60,712 nucleotides of DNA from a virus. The stretch is taken from IMG/VR virus record IMGVR_UViG_3300032456_000003, positions 1 through 60,712 of that record; one strand, given 5' to 3'. The notes beneath the pieces were generated by a model, which searched no databases, was not told the origin of the DNA, and saw only the letters and a program-made list of their open reading frames with translations. Positions within the stretch are counted from its first letter, which is position 1, and the number at the start of each line of letters is the position of its first letter. Made by a program: the position numbers and the translations under genes. Below, piece after piece: positions 34,338 through 42,893 of the stretch.

Positions 34338-35018
34338 TCAGAGGTCGCGTTCCCAGATCGGTTTGCCCTCGTCTCCACTGCTCTGCCCCGGCCCGAAGTC
34401 GTCGAAGTCTGCCGTTAGCGACCGACTGCTCTCCGCCGACCCGCCCCCGCCCCACGCGCCGAGTGTGAACCGCTCGGCCAGCCAGCACGCCATTGCGGCC
34501 GCAAGGACAAGGTCATCGTGGTCACCACTGCGGTGCGCCTCGTAGGTGTCGTTGCCGGACAGGGAAATCTTTGCTTTGAAGTTTTGAAGTTCCTTCATGA
34601 GCATTTCGCCCTCGCGAAGTCCCTTCGCGACCTGGAACCGGCGACGGCGAAGCAGGATTTGCATGATGGAGCAGAGGTCTCGCTTGGGGACGTTCCAGCC
34701 GTGGGCGGTCTCGGTGGCCGCGCTGCCTGACGTGATGCAGATAGCGCGAATTGGGATCTCGGCCCGGTGGAGGAAGATATCCACGATGGGCCGACCTACC
34801 CCCGTGTAATCGACGCACAGAATCGAATCGCCGAGGTTGTGCTTGCGCCAGGTGTCGTGTACCATATCGACGATGTCGGGATAGGACGTGCCCAGCGGGT
34901 AGCGGATCAGTTCGCGAAGTTTGTGGATGGCCGGATCGCCTTCCACCTCGTTGATCGCGAGGGCAGAGGGGTCGCCCGCTTGCCCGAGGTCCAGCCCGCC
35001 GATGAACATGCTCACCAC
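34338..35018 (-). CDS. terL: terminase large subunit, nuclease domain only (separate ORF)
   Basis: GGLDLGQAGDPSAL (first catalytic Asp region) and SGDHDDLVLAAAMA fit the RNase H-like TerL nuclease. The likely start is the ATG at 35009, 3 nt after the upstream stop. Confidence 0.7.
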   Translation of the reverse strand: MVSMFIGGLDLGQAGDPSALAINEVEGDPAIHKLRELIRYPLGTSYPDIVDMVHDTWRKHNLGDSILCVDYTGVGRPIVDIFLHRAEIPIRAICITSGSAATETAHGWNVPKRDLCSIMQILLRRRRFQVAKGLREGEMLMKELQNFKAKISLSGNDTYEAHRSGDHDDLVLAAAMACWLAERFTLGAWGGGGSAESSRSLTADFDDFGPGQSSGDEGKPIWERDL

Positions 35019-35224
35019 CGATTCTCAACAAGATGCTGTAAGTAATTTGCGTCTCGAATGATGTTCATCTGGCCCTGAACGATGCCAATTTGAGACCAAA
35101 CGGCATTCCGGTCCTCGGCCCACTTTACGCGCTGTGGGCTTCCAGGTGGTCCGCCGTCTACACGCATCAGCATATTGGATCGGTTCATCAGCCGATCCAT
35201 TCTGTTGTTAAGTTCGTCCATCAC
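35012..35224 (-). CDS. small protein (70 aa) inserted within the split terminase locus
   Basis: ATGA overlap with the upstream gene. Its GC content is noticeably lower than that of its neighbours. No motifs. Confidence 0.4.
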   Translation of the reverse strand: MMDELNNRMDRLMNRSNMLMRVDGGPPGSPQRVKWAEDRNAVWSQIGIVQGQMNIIRDANYLQHLVENRW

Positions 35225-35718
35225 TTCCCCATGCCCAACGAGACCGTCGAGAAAAACGTGTAGGTGCCGCTGGCCTCAATCATCGCATCGAAAGGCGTGT
35301 TTGTTGCCGTGGCAAAAATCGCCACGCGATTTCCCATCATGGGACGAATTGCTAGAGCCATATCGTACCTGACGAGGTCGGCGTCGTCGATTACCAGGAG
35401 GTCCGGGACGTATCCCCGGCCCTGGGAAGAGATCACCTGAATCACTGACGAGCCGCCCATGCTGACGGTCAATCCCCGGATCAGGGCCAGGGGGTTGAAT
35501 CGGCGGATGCACTCGACTTGCATCATCTCGTGGCTCGGCGTCACCATAACCACCTTCGCGCCAGGATTGCCCATTGCGAAACTGACCGCGAGAGCCGCCG
35601 CCGTGGTCGATTTTCCGCACCTCCGGTCGGCTCGAACAAGAATCCTCTTTGCGTCGCACCGCAGCACGGATAGCTGCCACGCCTCCGGTGTCAGCCCGAT
35701 TTTCTCGAACATGATCAT
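35221..35718 (-). CDS. second, shorter TerL-ATPase-like paralogue (165 aa)
   Basis: It has Walker A RRCGKST and Walker B DLLVIDDA. GLTPEAWQLSVL parallels PPDPWQDQVL of the upstream gene. It ends SLGMGK, like the upstream PLGMGK. Confidence 0.6.
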   Translation of the reverse strand: MIMFEKIGLTPEAWQLSVLRCDAKRILVRADRRCGKSTTAAALAVSFAMGNPGAKVVMVTPSHEMMQVECIRRFNPLALIRGLTVSMGGSSVIQVISSQGRGYVPDLLVIDDADLVRYDMALAIRPMMGNRVAIFATATNTPFDAMIEASGTYTFFSTVSLGMGK

Positions 35719-36419
35719 TTCCCCATGCCCAACGGCATCACGTCCGCGCGGAACGCTGCCCGGATGTCCTCATCGGCGAACGCCGCGCCGATCGAATCGA
35801 CGAATTCCGTCATGTACTCCTGATTGAACCACCGATCGCCCATCGACAGCAGTTCGTCCGCGAGGAACTCCTTGCTGTACCGCGGGCACATATGAGCCGT
35901 GATCCGCTCCCGGTGCCACTTCATGCCGCTGCCCCGCTCGGCCCCGCGTTCCCACTCCTCAAAAAACCAGCCCCTCTTGCCGAACGGCGTCGAGCATGCC
36001 ACCAGCCTCCCTTGCGAGATGCCCAGCATCGGGCGACACGCAAAGTACAGATCGTCCGGGATGCGGCTCGCCTCATCGATCATCAGCAGGTTGACCCCCG
36101 AGTAGCCCCGCACGCCCTTCTCGCTGCCAGGAATGCCGATGACACGCGAGCCATTGGCCAGCACCAGGCTCTGCTTCAAGTCCTCGGCGATCTTCGCCCC
36201 ACTGGCCACCAGCAGCGGCCTCACCTTCGTCTGAAGAAACTCGATGCTCTTTTCCATGTTCTGGGCGAGCACCAGGGCGAAGCACGGGGATTCGACGATC
36301 ATGGCCTTCGCCACCATCGCGCCGGCCACCGTGCTTTTGCCAACCTGTCGCGAACAGAGCATCATCAGGCGGGAGTGCGAGGACTTGAGGACTTGATCCT
36401 GCCACGGGTCAGGTGGCAT
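35715..36419 (-). CDS. terL: terminase large subunit, ATPase domain only
   Basis: It has Walker A SRQVGKST, Walker B LLMIDEA, the coupling motif ACSTP and FNQEYMTEF. The start was chosen at ATG 36419, which overlaps the TerS stop (ATGCCACCTGA). The track ORF extends to 36581. Confidence 0.75.
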   Translation of the reverse strand: MPPDPWQDQVLKSSHSRLMMLCSRQVGKSTVAGAMVAKAMIVESPCFALVLAQNMEKSIEFLQTKVRPLLVASGAKIAEDLKQSLVLANGSRVIGIPGSEKGVRGYSGVNLLMIDEASRIPDDLYFACRPMLGISQGRLVACSTPFGKRGWFFEEWERGAERGSGMKWHRERITAHMCPRYSKEFLADELLSMGDRWFNQEYMTEFVDSIGAAFADEDIRAAFRADVMPLGMGK

Positions 36420-36942
36420 GCCCGCCTGGGAGAGAATCGCCCCCGGCTCCATCCAAAAGCGATCCGTCGGTAGGAGCTTGCCCGTCAACAACCGACACTC
36501 CAGCCGCTGCATCCACGCGGGCATGGAGGCGAGCGACGGCGGTGAGGCGTTCTTGCTCGGTCCAGGTCGCGATGGGTCCACCTTCCGCCCCCGTGTGTTC
36601 CAGCCGCGTCACATCACCGTAGACAGGACGCCGGCGAGTTTTGAGGAAAAACATGAGAAGCGAGTCATTCGAGCCGTCCAGCGCCCGCTGGTAGCCAGCC
36701 AGTTCCAGCGAATCGATGGCGTCCTCTACCGCGTCCTCCCACGCCCTGGCGAAGTCCGGGTCTTCCTTCCTGCGGAGGTAGACCGCTGTCCTCCCGATCT
36801 GGGCCGCATCGCAAGAAGCCCGCACATTCGCCGTCAGACTCAGCACCTTGATGAACTGAATCGACCAGTCCGGAGGCGGGTTCGGCTTGCGGTATTTCTT
36901 GGCCGTAGTCCGTTTCGTTCTCTTTGCAGCCACGTCAACCAC
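36409..36942 (-). CDS. terS: terminase small subunit
   Basis: It has a basic N-terminus. ANVRASCDAAQIGRTAVYLRRKEDPDFARAWEDA is HTH-like, and SLLMFFLKTRRRPVY is a typical TerS block. It lies directly upstream of TerL. Confidence 0.65.
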   Translation of the reverse strand: MVDVAAKRTKRTTAKKYRKPNPPPDWSIQFIKVLSLTANVRASCDAAQIGRTAVYLRRKEDPDFARAWEDAVEDAIDSLELAGYQRALDGSNDSLLMFFLKTRRRPVYGDVTRLEHTGAEGGPIATWTEQERLTAVARLHARVDAAAGVSVVDGQAPTDGSLLDGAGGDSLPGGHAT

Positions 36943-37615
36943 CCTGCGCTAGAACGCGCTCGAGAGCCGAGCCGAAGCAGATCAGGAACTGCTCGTCGGT
37001 CAGGTCGAGGTACTGGTCAGCCTGCTCCAGTGTGGCACGAGCCTTCCACGGATCGCTCAGGCGTCCTTTTATTCGTTTCAACAATTGCCTTACTGCGTCG
37101 ATGTCTTCGGCGGGTCCGTAGAGGGTCATGGAGCCATGCACGTCCGGCTTGCCCTGCTGGGCCTGTTTGACGCCGGCGCGAGTGCGTTGCTGTGTGGCCT
37201 CGACGATTTGGCGGATGTTGTCGGTGGCGGTCAGTGCCCCCAGGGCGGCGAGGTCTGCGGTCCTGCGGGCGAGTTCGGTGAGTTGTGCGACGACGGCATC
37301 TTCGTCGAAGACTTTCCGATTGCGGTCGTGTGCGAGGACGAACGTCCTCCGCTCGTCGGGTTCCATGCCTGCCATGATAATGCAGGGGATGTCGGCCACG
37401 CCGGACGCTTCGAGTTCATCGAGTCGCGTGTTGCCGTCCAGGACTTCGTAGGTGCCGTCGTCGTTGGATGCGACGACAAGGACGCCAGCGAATCCGAATT
37501 TCTTCAGGCTCGCCTTCAGCCCCTTGGAGAATCTGGCTCCAAGGGGCTTCTTCGGATTATCGGAATTGTGGTGCAACTTGCCGATCGGCAAGAGTTGCAC
37601 CGGGTTGACCTTCAT
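36935..37615 (-). CDS. ParB-like nuclease domain protein
   Basis: LLPIGKLHHNSDNPKKP and YEVLDGNTRLDE resemble the ParB N-terminal/sulfiredoxin-like motifs. No ParA partner is present. Confidence 0.7.
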   Translation of the reverse strand: MKVNPVQLLPIGKLHHNSDNPKKPLGARFSKGLKASLKKFGFAGVLVVASNDDGTYEVLDGNTRLDELEASGVADIPCIIMAGMEPDERRTFVLAHDRNRKVFDEDAVVAQLTELARRTADLAALGALTATDNIRQIVEATQQRTRAGVKQAQQGKPDVHGSMTLYGPAEDIDAVRQLLKRIKGRLSDPWKARATLEQADQYLDLTDEQFLICFGSALERVLAQGG

Positions 37616-37771
37616 CGGTTATCCCCTGTTAACCACCGTAGGCCGCGCGTCGGGCGAGCTTGCGCTTGCTCTTCGCCGACTTGCCGCCTGTCCGCATCGT
37701 TCGGGAACTGGAAGATCGTTCCGCCACAGCTTCGCCCGGTCCTGTGCCGCCGCCCATACGTCACCCCTCAA

Positions 37772-39121
37772 TTAATCGTCCATCTTGCTGAGAACTTCCC
37801 GCAGATTGAATAGTAACGCATCTTCGAGTCCGGCTTCCGGGAAATCGCGACTGCCGTTCCATTTGATGTCCGGGTTGCGGACGCCTACGAGGTTGCCGTC
37901 TTCGTCGGCGAGCCAGTTGCCGTCCGACGTGCTAACGGCCTGGACGTAAGGCAGATACCAGAACAGGTAGTTGTTGTGCCAGGGATGGTTCCAGTAGTAG
38001 CGCAGGATCTCGTGGAGTCCGTTGCGCTTGCCGAGCCTGGCGCGGTATTCCTTGTGATCCGCTTTGACCTTGCTGTTGAATGGCCCCCAGAATTCGCTCA
38101 TGTCGAGTTCCTGGTCGGGCACGCCGAGGTGTTCGAGGGTTGCCTTGAAATCGTCCCAGGTGACGACCAGCTTCTTGCCAGCGTTCTCGCGGGCCGTGTC
38201 TTCCAGCATGCTCGTGAACTGAAACGCCACATCGAAGGTGTTGCCGCCCAGCCACTTGGGGTCCGCACATTCGGGATGCTTCGACGCGCATCCGAAGTAG
38301 GCGTCCCAGTACGGCGTGGGGAAGAAGTCGAGTCCGTAATCAGCAGTGGCCTTGTACCATTCCTTCAGATCGCGGATAAAATACCCAGGGTTCACGTTGG
38401 CTGCCGGGTAGAGTTCGTCGTGGTAGGTCTCTCGAACCTGACCGAACTGAGCCGCGCTGAAGTGAAGCCTCTCCAGCCAGACCCCTTTCGCGCCGACCGC
38501 AGCCGCCCGCTTGCAGTATTCGACCGGGGACGGCACCCACGCCTTAACGTACGGATTGCATGCCATCACGACCGGGATGCCGTGGTCAGTCAGTCGTGCG
38601 GCGAGTTCCCATCGCGACTCGATCGATTGCGCACCCGGCTCGAACCGCTTGCGAAGTTTGTCATCGAGTTGGCACAGCGACATGGCCACCACCACGCGGC
38701 CCGGTTCCAGCAGTGGCGCGTAGCGGTCGAAGTCGCTGGAGAGTACATTGCCCCGCGTCTGGATGTAGACGGGCACCTTTCGTTCCTTGCACCAGGAGAG
38801 GAACGCTTCGCTGGCCCGGTACGTTTTCTCGTCGCGCTGGAATGGATCGGTCGTGTTCGAGAAGCAGACCGGGTATCGGTTGCGCAGGAAGAAACCGATC
38901 GGGCTGTATTCGTCGTCCCACTCGCGGTCTAGCTTTCGCAGTGCGGACGCAGTGCTGTTGACCGGGTTCGGATCGCGATCGAATGCGTCGCGGTTCAGAT
39001 TGGCGAAGCAGAAGGAGCAAGATACGCTGCAATAGCCGTAGATGCTGACCTCGACCGGGAAGGGAGTTTGCGGCCAGATGCCGAAAAGCCGAACCGGGTC
39101 TTTGTTGAAATCGAACGCCAT
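37772..39121 (-). CDS. radical SAM enzyme (449 aa)
   Basis: YGYCSVSCSFCFANLN carries the CxxxCxxC cluster motif near the N-terminus. Trimmed to the ATG at 39121 (MAFDFNKDP...). Confidence 0.75.
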   Translation of the reverse strand: MAFDFNKDPVRLFGIWPQTPFPVEVSIYGYCSVSCSFCFANLNRDAFDRDPNPVNSTASALRKLDREWDDEYSPIGFFLRNRYPVCFSNTTDPFQRDEKTYRASEAFLSWCKERKVPVYIQTRGNVLSSDFDRYAPLLEPGRVVVAMSLCQLDDKLRKRFEPGAQSIESRWELAARLTDHGIPVVMACNPYVKAWVPSPVEYCKRAAAVGAKGVWLERLHFSAAQFGQVRETYHDELYPAANVNPGYFIRDLKEWYKATADYGLDFFPTPYWDAYFGCASKHPECADPKWLGGNTFDVAFQFTSMLEDTARENAGKKLVVTWDDFKATLEHLGVPDQELDMSEFWGPFNSKVKADHKEYRARLGKRNGLHEILRYYWNHPWHNNYLFWYLPYVQAVSTSDGNWLADEDGNLVGVRNPDIKWNGSRDFPEAGLEDALLFNLREVLSKMDD

Positions 39122-39131
39122 CGAGTCCCCC

Positions 39132-39782
39132 CTACTTGTTGTTCGCCGTGATCCTACCCGAATCCCGTGCCCAGAGGATACACGCGCGGGAGAGGTCGTC
39201 GTGGGCTTCCTGCGCCGTGTCGTAGCCCATCTCTGTCTTTTGCGGACCAAGGAAAAGCCACAGAAGATTTCTCACATAGCCTGACGGCTGTCCCGTTCTT
39301 TGCTCAGAACTGGGCCACCATCTGTACACGCTGCGAGTGGATTCCGCGTTTGAAAAGCGCGGCTCCTTGCCCGTCAGCCTCACCACCTCCACCGGCTGGC
39401 TCCTCATGATGGCCTGGCCATACTCTAGCCAGTAGGATTCCTCGCATCGAATTGCGTGGACGAACCCACGACGGAAAACGCATCCGAGTGGGTCGATGCT
39501 CGATAGCGATTCGCCTGCCCAGACGGATCGGAATTCATCAAGCAATTCATCTTCCCTGACCATGAGATTCATTAGCTTGACGGACTCATCACGGTTCTCA
39601 TCGAGATCGATCAAGACAGCGTCTGCCAGCGACAACTCGCACTGCACGCGAATGAGTTCGGCTCGCTTTTCCTCCCCGTGTTCCTCCAGCCAGTCGGCAT
39701 AGATCAGCCTCGGCGTGTCGTCTGCTGGATGATCGCAGATGTCCGCTACGAATGCGGCCCGCATGTCGGCATCAGTCGGCAT
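39132..39782 (-). CDS. TIGR02996 repeat-companion domain protein
   Basis: AAFVADICDHPADDTPRLIYADWLEEHGEEKRAELIRVQCEL matches the TIGR02996 signature known from Gemmata and myxobacteria. Confidence 0.7.
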   Translation of the reverse strand: MPTDADMRAAFVADICDHPADDTPRLIYADWLEEHGEEKRAELIRVQCELSLADAVLIDLDENRDESVKLMNLMVREDELLDEFRSVWAGESLSSIDPLGCVFRRGFVHAIRCEESYWLEYGQAIMRSQPVEVVRLTGKEPRFSNAESTRSVYRWWPSSEQRTGQPSGYVRNLLWLFLGPQKTEMGYDTAQEAHDDLSRACILWARDSGRITANNK

Positions 39783-39785
39783 AGA

Positions 39786-39932
39786 TCATTCTCGGCGTGT
39801 CGGGATGTTCTTTGTCCTGCTGTCGATTTTCACAACGGGCCGTTGTAGTATCGAAGAGACTACAGCGGCGAGACGAAATTCCGCTGCCAGGACGATTGCT
39901 GCAAGAAGAATGTGGAAGTCATCTTTAGTCAT
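39786..39932 (-). CDS. possible small membrane protein (48 aa, below track cutoff)
   Basis: MTKDDFHILLAAIVLAAEFRLAAVVSSIL... fills the gap between two genes. The support is weak. Confidence 0.3.
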   Translation of the reverse strand: MTKDDFHILLAAIVLAAEFRLAAVVSSILQRPVVKIDSRTKNIPTRRE

Positions 39933-40173
39933 GGCTCCCCTCCTCTTTCTCGTCGGCCCATATCAGCGTGGCGGTAGACCTTTGCTCGACTGCGTCCCAG
40001 ATGTAGCGATAGACCGTGACCGAGCAAGCTCTGGTCGATTCTTCCAGGAATCTTCTGGCGGCGACGATGGCTGCGTCCTTGACGATATAACTCCTGACAG
40101 GCGTGTAGCCCGTCGCGCCGTCGCGGGTATAGCGGACCCAGACGGCGAATGTCACATATCTACTCGGGCGCAT
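39925..40173 (-). CDS. hypothetical protein, tandem paralogue 2 (82 aa)
   Basis: It shares VTF.VWVR...IV.D.AI.AA...LEEST..C.V.VYR.I......RST.T.IW..EKEEG with 40160-40414. Confidence 0.5.
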   Translation of the reverse strand: MRPSRYVTFAVWVRYTRDGATGYTPVRSYIVKDAAIVAARRFLEESTRACSVTVYRYIWDAVEQRSTATLIWADEKEEGSHD

Positions 40174-40414
40174 GGTTCCCCTCCTCTTTCTCTTCGGACC
40201 ATATCACAGTGCAGGTAGAGCGGAGTTCGGCCCCGTTCCGGATGAAGCGATAGACCGACACCACGCAGGGCTCGGTCGATTCCTCCAGGAGTTTCTCAGC
40301 GGCGTCGATGGCCTCGTCTTTGCTGAGGATGTTCCGGCCTGCCCAGTGGCCCCATGTGTCTGAGGAGCGGGTTCTCACCCAGACTCCGAAGGTCACGTCT
40401 CTATTCGGGCACAT
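40160..40414 (-). CDS. hypothetical protein, tandem paralogue 1 (84 aa)
   Basis: Paralogous to 39925-40173, with overlapping ends. Confidence 0.5.
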   Translation of the reverse strand: MCPNRDVTFGVWVRTRSSDTWGHWAGRNILSKDEAIDAAEKLLEESTEPCVVSVYRFIRNGAELRSTCTVIWSEEKEEGNHAPE

Positions 40415-40632
40415 GGCTCTTGCTCCTCTCTCAGTCGCCCCTCACGAATCCAGTAGAGGATTTTTTCGGCCGGTCCCTGCGGATCGACCAGCAGCACAGG
40501 GACGCAGCCAGACGGCAGCCGGTCAACCGCCGTTGCCCCGCCGAAGTCGAGATACATTGCAACGATCCGATCATAGGGCTGGACGACGCACTCTCGCCCG
40601 GCCGCGATCTGTCCATCGTTCGCGATCCACAT
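40393..40632 (-). CDS. hypothetical protein (79 aa)
   Basis: ORF in the operon frame chain. No motifs. Confidence 0.4.
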   Translation of the reverse strand: MWIANDGQIAAGRECVVQPYDRIVAMYLDFGGATAVDRLPSGCVPVLLVDPQGPAEKILYWIREGRLREEQEPCARIET

Positions 40633-40635
40633 GGC

Positions 40636-40920
40636 TCACACCCTCCCCGTTCCGTGGCACACATAGCACTCCTCCAACTGAGCCTCCTTGTTGTGCATCT
40701 CGCCGAGACCCTGGCACAGACGGCACCCGCGCACAATCTCCCTCGGCAAGGTCTCATCGGCGAGGTATATCTCCGCCCGACATACCACGTCCTTTGCGCT
40801 GGCTGCCGCCCCGAGGCGACGAGCATCTTCGAGAGACAGTCCGCCGTGATGCCATTCGCGTTCGCCGTTGTAGCTGAGGACGAGGAGGTATTGCGGCTCA
40901 TCCGGTCGGTTCTTCGACAT
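40636..40920 (-). CDS. small protein with DnaJ-type CxxCxGxG zinc-finger motifs (94 aa)
   Basis: CRLCQGLG and CYVCHGTG lie at the C-terminus. The ATG at 40920 has a GAGGAGAG SD. Confidence 0.5.
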   Translation of the reverse strand: MSKNRPDEPQYLLVLSYNGEREWHHGGLSLEDARRLGAAASAKDVVCRAEIYLADETLPREIVRGCRLCQGLGEMHNKEAQLEECYVCHGTGRV

Positions 40921-41224
40921 GGCTCTCCTCAATTGCTCGGTCGCTCGCCCAGTTAATCAGCGCGTTCGACAGCCAGACGGCCAGTTCTTCCTGGCTCTGG
41001 AATGACTGGCTCGCCACATCCACGATCGTGGCCAGCAGCCGGCTCGCAAAGCAGGCGTCGCCGGACCACAACCCCTCCCAACTTTGCGTCGGCTCCCAGT
41101 CCGTGACTCGCACGCGGAAGACTGAACCCTTCCTGACCCATGTCGGCCCGTGGTCGATCCACTCGGCCGCTGTGCATTCGATGGTTGGCACCACAATCGC
41201 CTTACCTGCCTCTTCCGTCGTCAT
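40898..41224 (-). CDS. hypothetical protein (108 aa)
   Basis: ORF with an ATGA-type junction to the upstream gene. Confidence 0.45.
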   Translation of the reverse strand: MTTEEAGKAIVVPTIECTAAEWIDHGPTWVRKGSVFRVRVTDWEPTQSWEGLWSGDACFASRLLATIVDVASQSFQSQEELAVWLSNALINWASDRAIEESHVEEPTG

Positions 41225-41454
41225 GATGCTTTATCCTCATTCCTCGTCTGGCACTCATGCTTTCTGGCGGTCATCCCGTTGACGCGCTCGGCGGGAGGGA
41301 CGTGGCGAGTCTCGCTCACGAACCCATCGAGCATGATCGTGTACTTGCCGCGCGGGTCTGTCACACCGTCGAGGTAGACGTTCTTTGCCACCCACGGCAT
41401 CACGCCCCGCAAGACAAGCTGGCCGCAGTGTCGGCAGTTTTCGGCGATTGTCAT
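41221..41454 (-). CDS. small Cys-containing protein (77 aa)
   Basis: Trimmed to the ATG at 41454 (MTIAENCRHCGQ...), 20 nt after the upstream stop. Confidence 0.4.
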   Translation of the reverse strand: MTIAENCRHCGQLVLRGVMPWVAKNVYLDGVTDPRGKYTIMLDGFVSETRHVPPAERVNGMTARKHECQTRNEDKAS

Positions 41455-41473
41455 GATGTCTTGCCGTCCTCCC

Positions 41474-42235
41474 TCAAAAACACATCCCGGAAGTGCAACC
41501 ACCAGAAAATAAATCGCCGCCCTTGCGATCCAGCGTCACCATACGCAGCGGGATCGCTTTGCGGTGCAGGTAGACATGCGGGTCTACCTGGCGAATTCGC
41601 TCGTCTAGCAGGCACGCGGACTCCCACTCCTCTGCGGTCAGTTGGCCCCACTCCTCATCGCCCTGGTTGGGGCAGAAGTGGCACCGCGATCTGGCCGGCT
41701 CTGGCCAGCCGACACGCTCGACGGCGGCGAGGCAACCGGAGACGTGCATCGGACACACGTCGAGCAGGGGGTAGACCGGCTGAATCCACTGCTTGCGAGA
41801 CGCGCGTCTACGGTGTCGTTCCTCCCACGAGATGCCCAGCCACACATCGACCCCGCGATCCTTCCAGCCGGGCTGTTCCGCAGCCCAGCGGTTTCCGACT
41901 TCGCGCTTCCATTCTCCGGAGCAATACTCGCCGAATTTCGAGACTCCCCCGCTCTGATTTGTGTACGCGGGTATCAGCAGAGTGTCGCCGTCCGCGCCGC
42001 CCCATAGGTCTTTCGTCGCGTACTTCGCTCGGTCGATGACCGAGAACGGAATACCCATCCGCTCCATCGCCGGACGGATGTAGGTATCGACGTAGGGCCA
42101 GACGGTTCCGATTTCCCCCTCAAGCCGGATCATGCACGCATGGTCCGGCTTGGGCAATCGCCCCTCGACGATTAGGGCCGCGATTCCTGCGGACTGCCGA
42201 CCGCCACCGCACGACCATAGTTGCACACGGCTCAT
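41474..42235 (-). CDS. PAPS reductase-like PP-loop enzyme
   Basis: The N-terminal LWSCGGGRQSAGI resembles the SGGxDS PP-loop. The size, the Cys-rich C-terminal region (CHFCPNQ) and the C-terminal end GGCTSGMCF are typical of phage PAPS-reductase/DndC-like proteins. Confidence 0.6.
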   Translation of the reverse strand: MSRVQLWSCGGGRQSAGIAALIVEGRLPKPDHACMIRLEGEIGTVWPYVDTYIRPAMERMGIPFSVIDRAKYATKDLWGGADGDTLLIPAYTNQSGGVSKFGEYCSGEWKREVGNRWAAEQPGWKDRGVDVWLGISWEERHRRRASRKQWIQPVYPLLDVCPMHVSGCLAAVERVGWPEPARSRCHFCPNQGDEEWGQLTAEEWESACLLDERIRQVDPHVYLHRKAIPLRMVTLDRKGGDLFSGGCTSGMCF

Positions 42236-42612
42236 GTTGTCACCTCTCCCAGAATATCCGCGAGGACTTTCTCGATTGCATCGCAGGTCGGCCCCACCAC
42301 GCCCAGGCCGGCGAGCAGCACGACCGTATCGCAGAGCAGCAAGTACATCACCGGCGCGGCCAAGATCAGCCGCATGTTAGCGGCTGGCTGGTCGCCAGGC
42401 GGCGGAATGTGAACGGTGTTCGCATTGCCGATCCTCGCGATTAGCACCTCTACGATGACATCGTCGTCGTCGTAGCCGTCCTTTGCTACGTCGTCGTAGT
42501 CATCGTCGTCGTAGTGGCCATCGTTGTCGTAGTCCTCGTTGTCGATCTCGTCCGCGACGATGTTGTCTCCGTCGATCCGCCACGGACCCGGCGTATGTTT
42601 CGATTCGCTCAT
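42232..42612 (-). CDS. Ead/Ea22-like protein with an acidic D/Y-rich insert (126 aa)
   Basis: It has KHTPGPWRI near the N-terminus and LILAAPVMYLLL later. The low-complexity run is DNEDYDNDGHYDDDDYDD. An ATGA overlap sits at 42612. Confidence 0.5.
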   Translation of the reverse strand: MSESKHTPGPWRIDGDNIVADEIDNEDYDNDGHYDDDDYDDVAKDGYDDDDVIVEVLIARIGNANTVHIPPPGDQPAANMRLILAAPVMYLLLCDTVVLLAGLGVVGPTCDAIEKVLADILGEVTT

Positions 42613-42893
42613 CACTTCTCTCCCTTGCAAAACAGACACCCAGCCGATCCCACGCCACCACACGCCGGACACCCAGACGACGGCTCTCTCACCACGGACT
42701 GCGGGAACCGAATCTGCATCGCGTACCGCAACGCCCGCAGCCACATTTTGTACGGGTGGTACGCGCGGGGTCCGCCAGGCCAGGCCGCGTTGACGATCCG
42801 TCGGCACTCGGCCGGATCGGTGCCGGCGGGAATGGTCCGCATGACGCGGTCGATGATTGCCAGCGATTCGTCGTACCAGTGCGAGCGGCTCAT
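42612..42893 (-). CDS. small protein with C-terminal Cys cluster (93 aa)
   Basis: CPACGGVGSAGCLFCKGEK lies at the C-terminus. Confidence 0.45.
   Translation of the reverse strand: MSRSHWYDESLAIIDRVMRTIPAGTDPAECRRIVNAAWPGGPRAYHPYKMWLRALRYAMQIRFPQSVVREPSSGCPACGGVGSAGCLFCKGEK

Noticed and set aside
36409-36581. The longest form of the TerL ATPase ORF (start at 36581).
   Set aside because: It would overlap TerS by 173 nt. The ATG at 36419 overlaps the TerS stop in a coupling arrangement and still leaves a normal spacing before Walker A.
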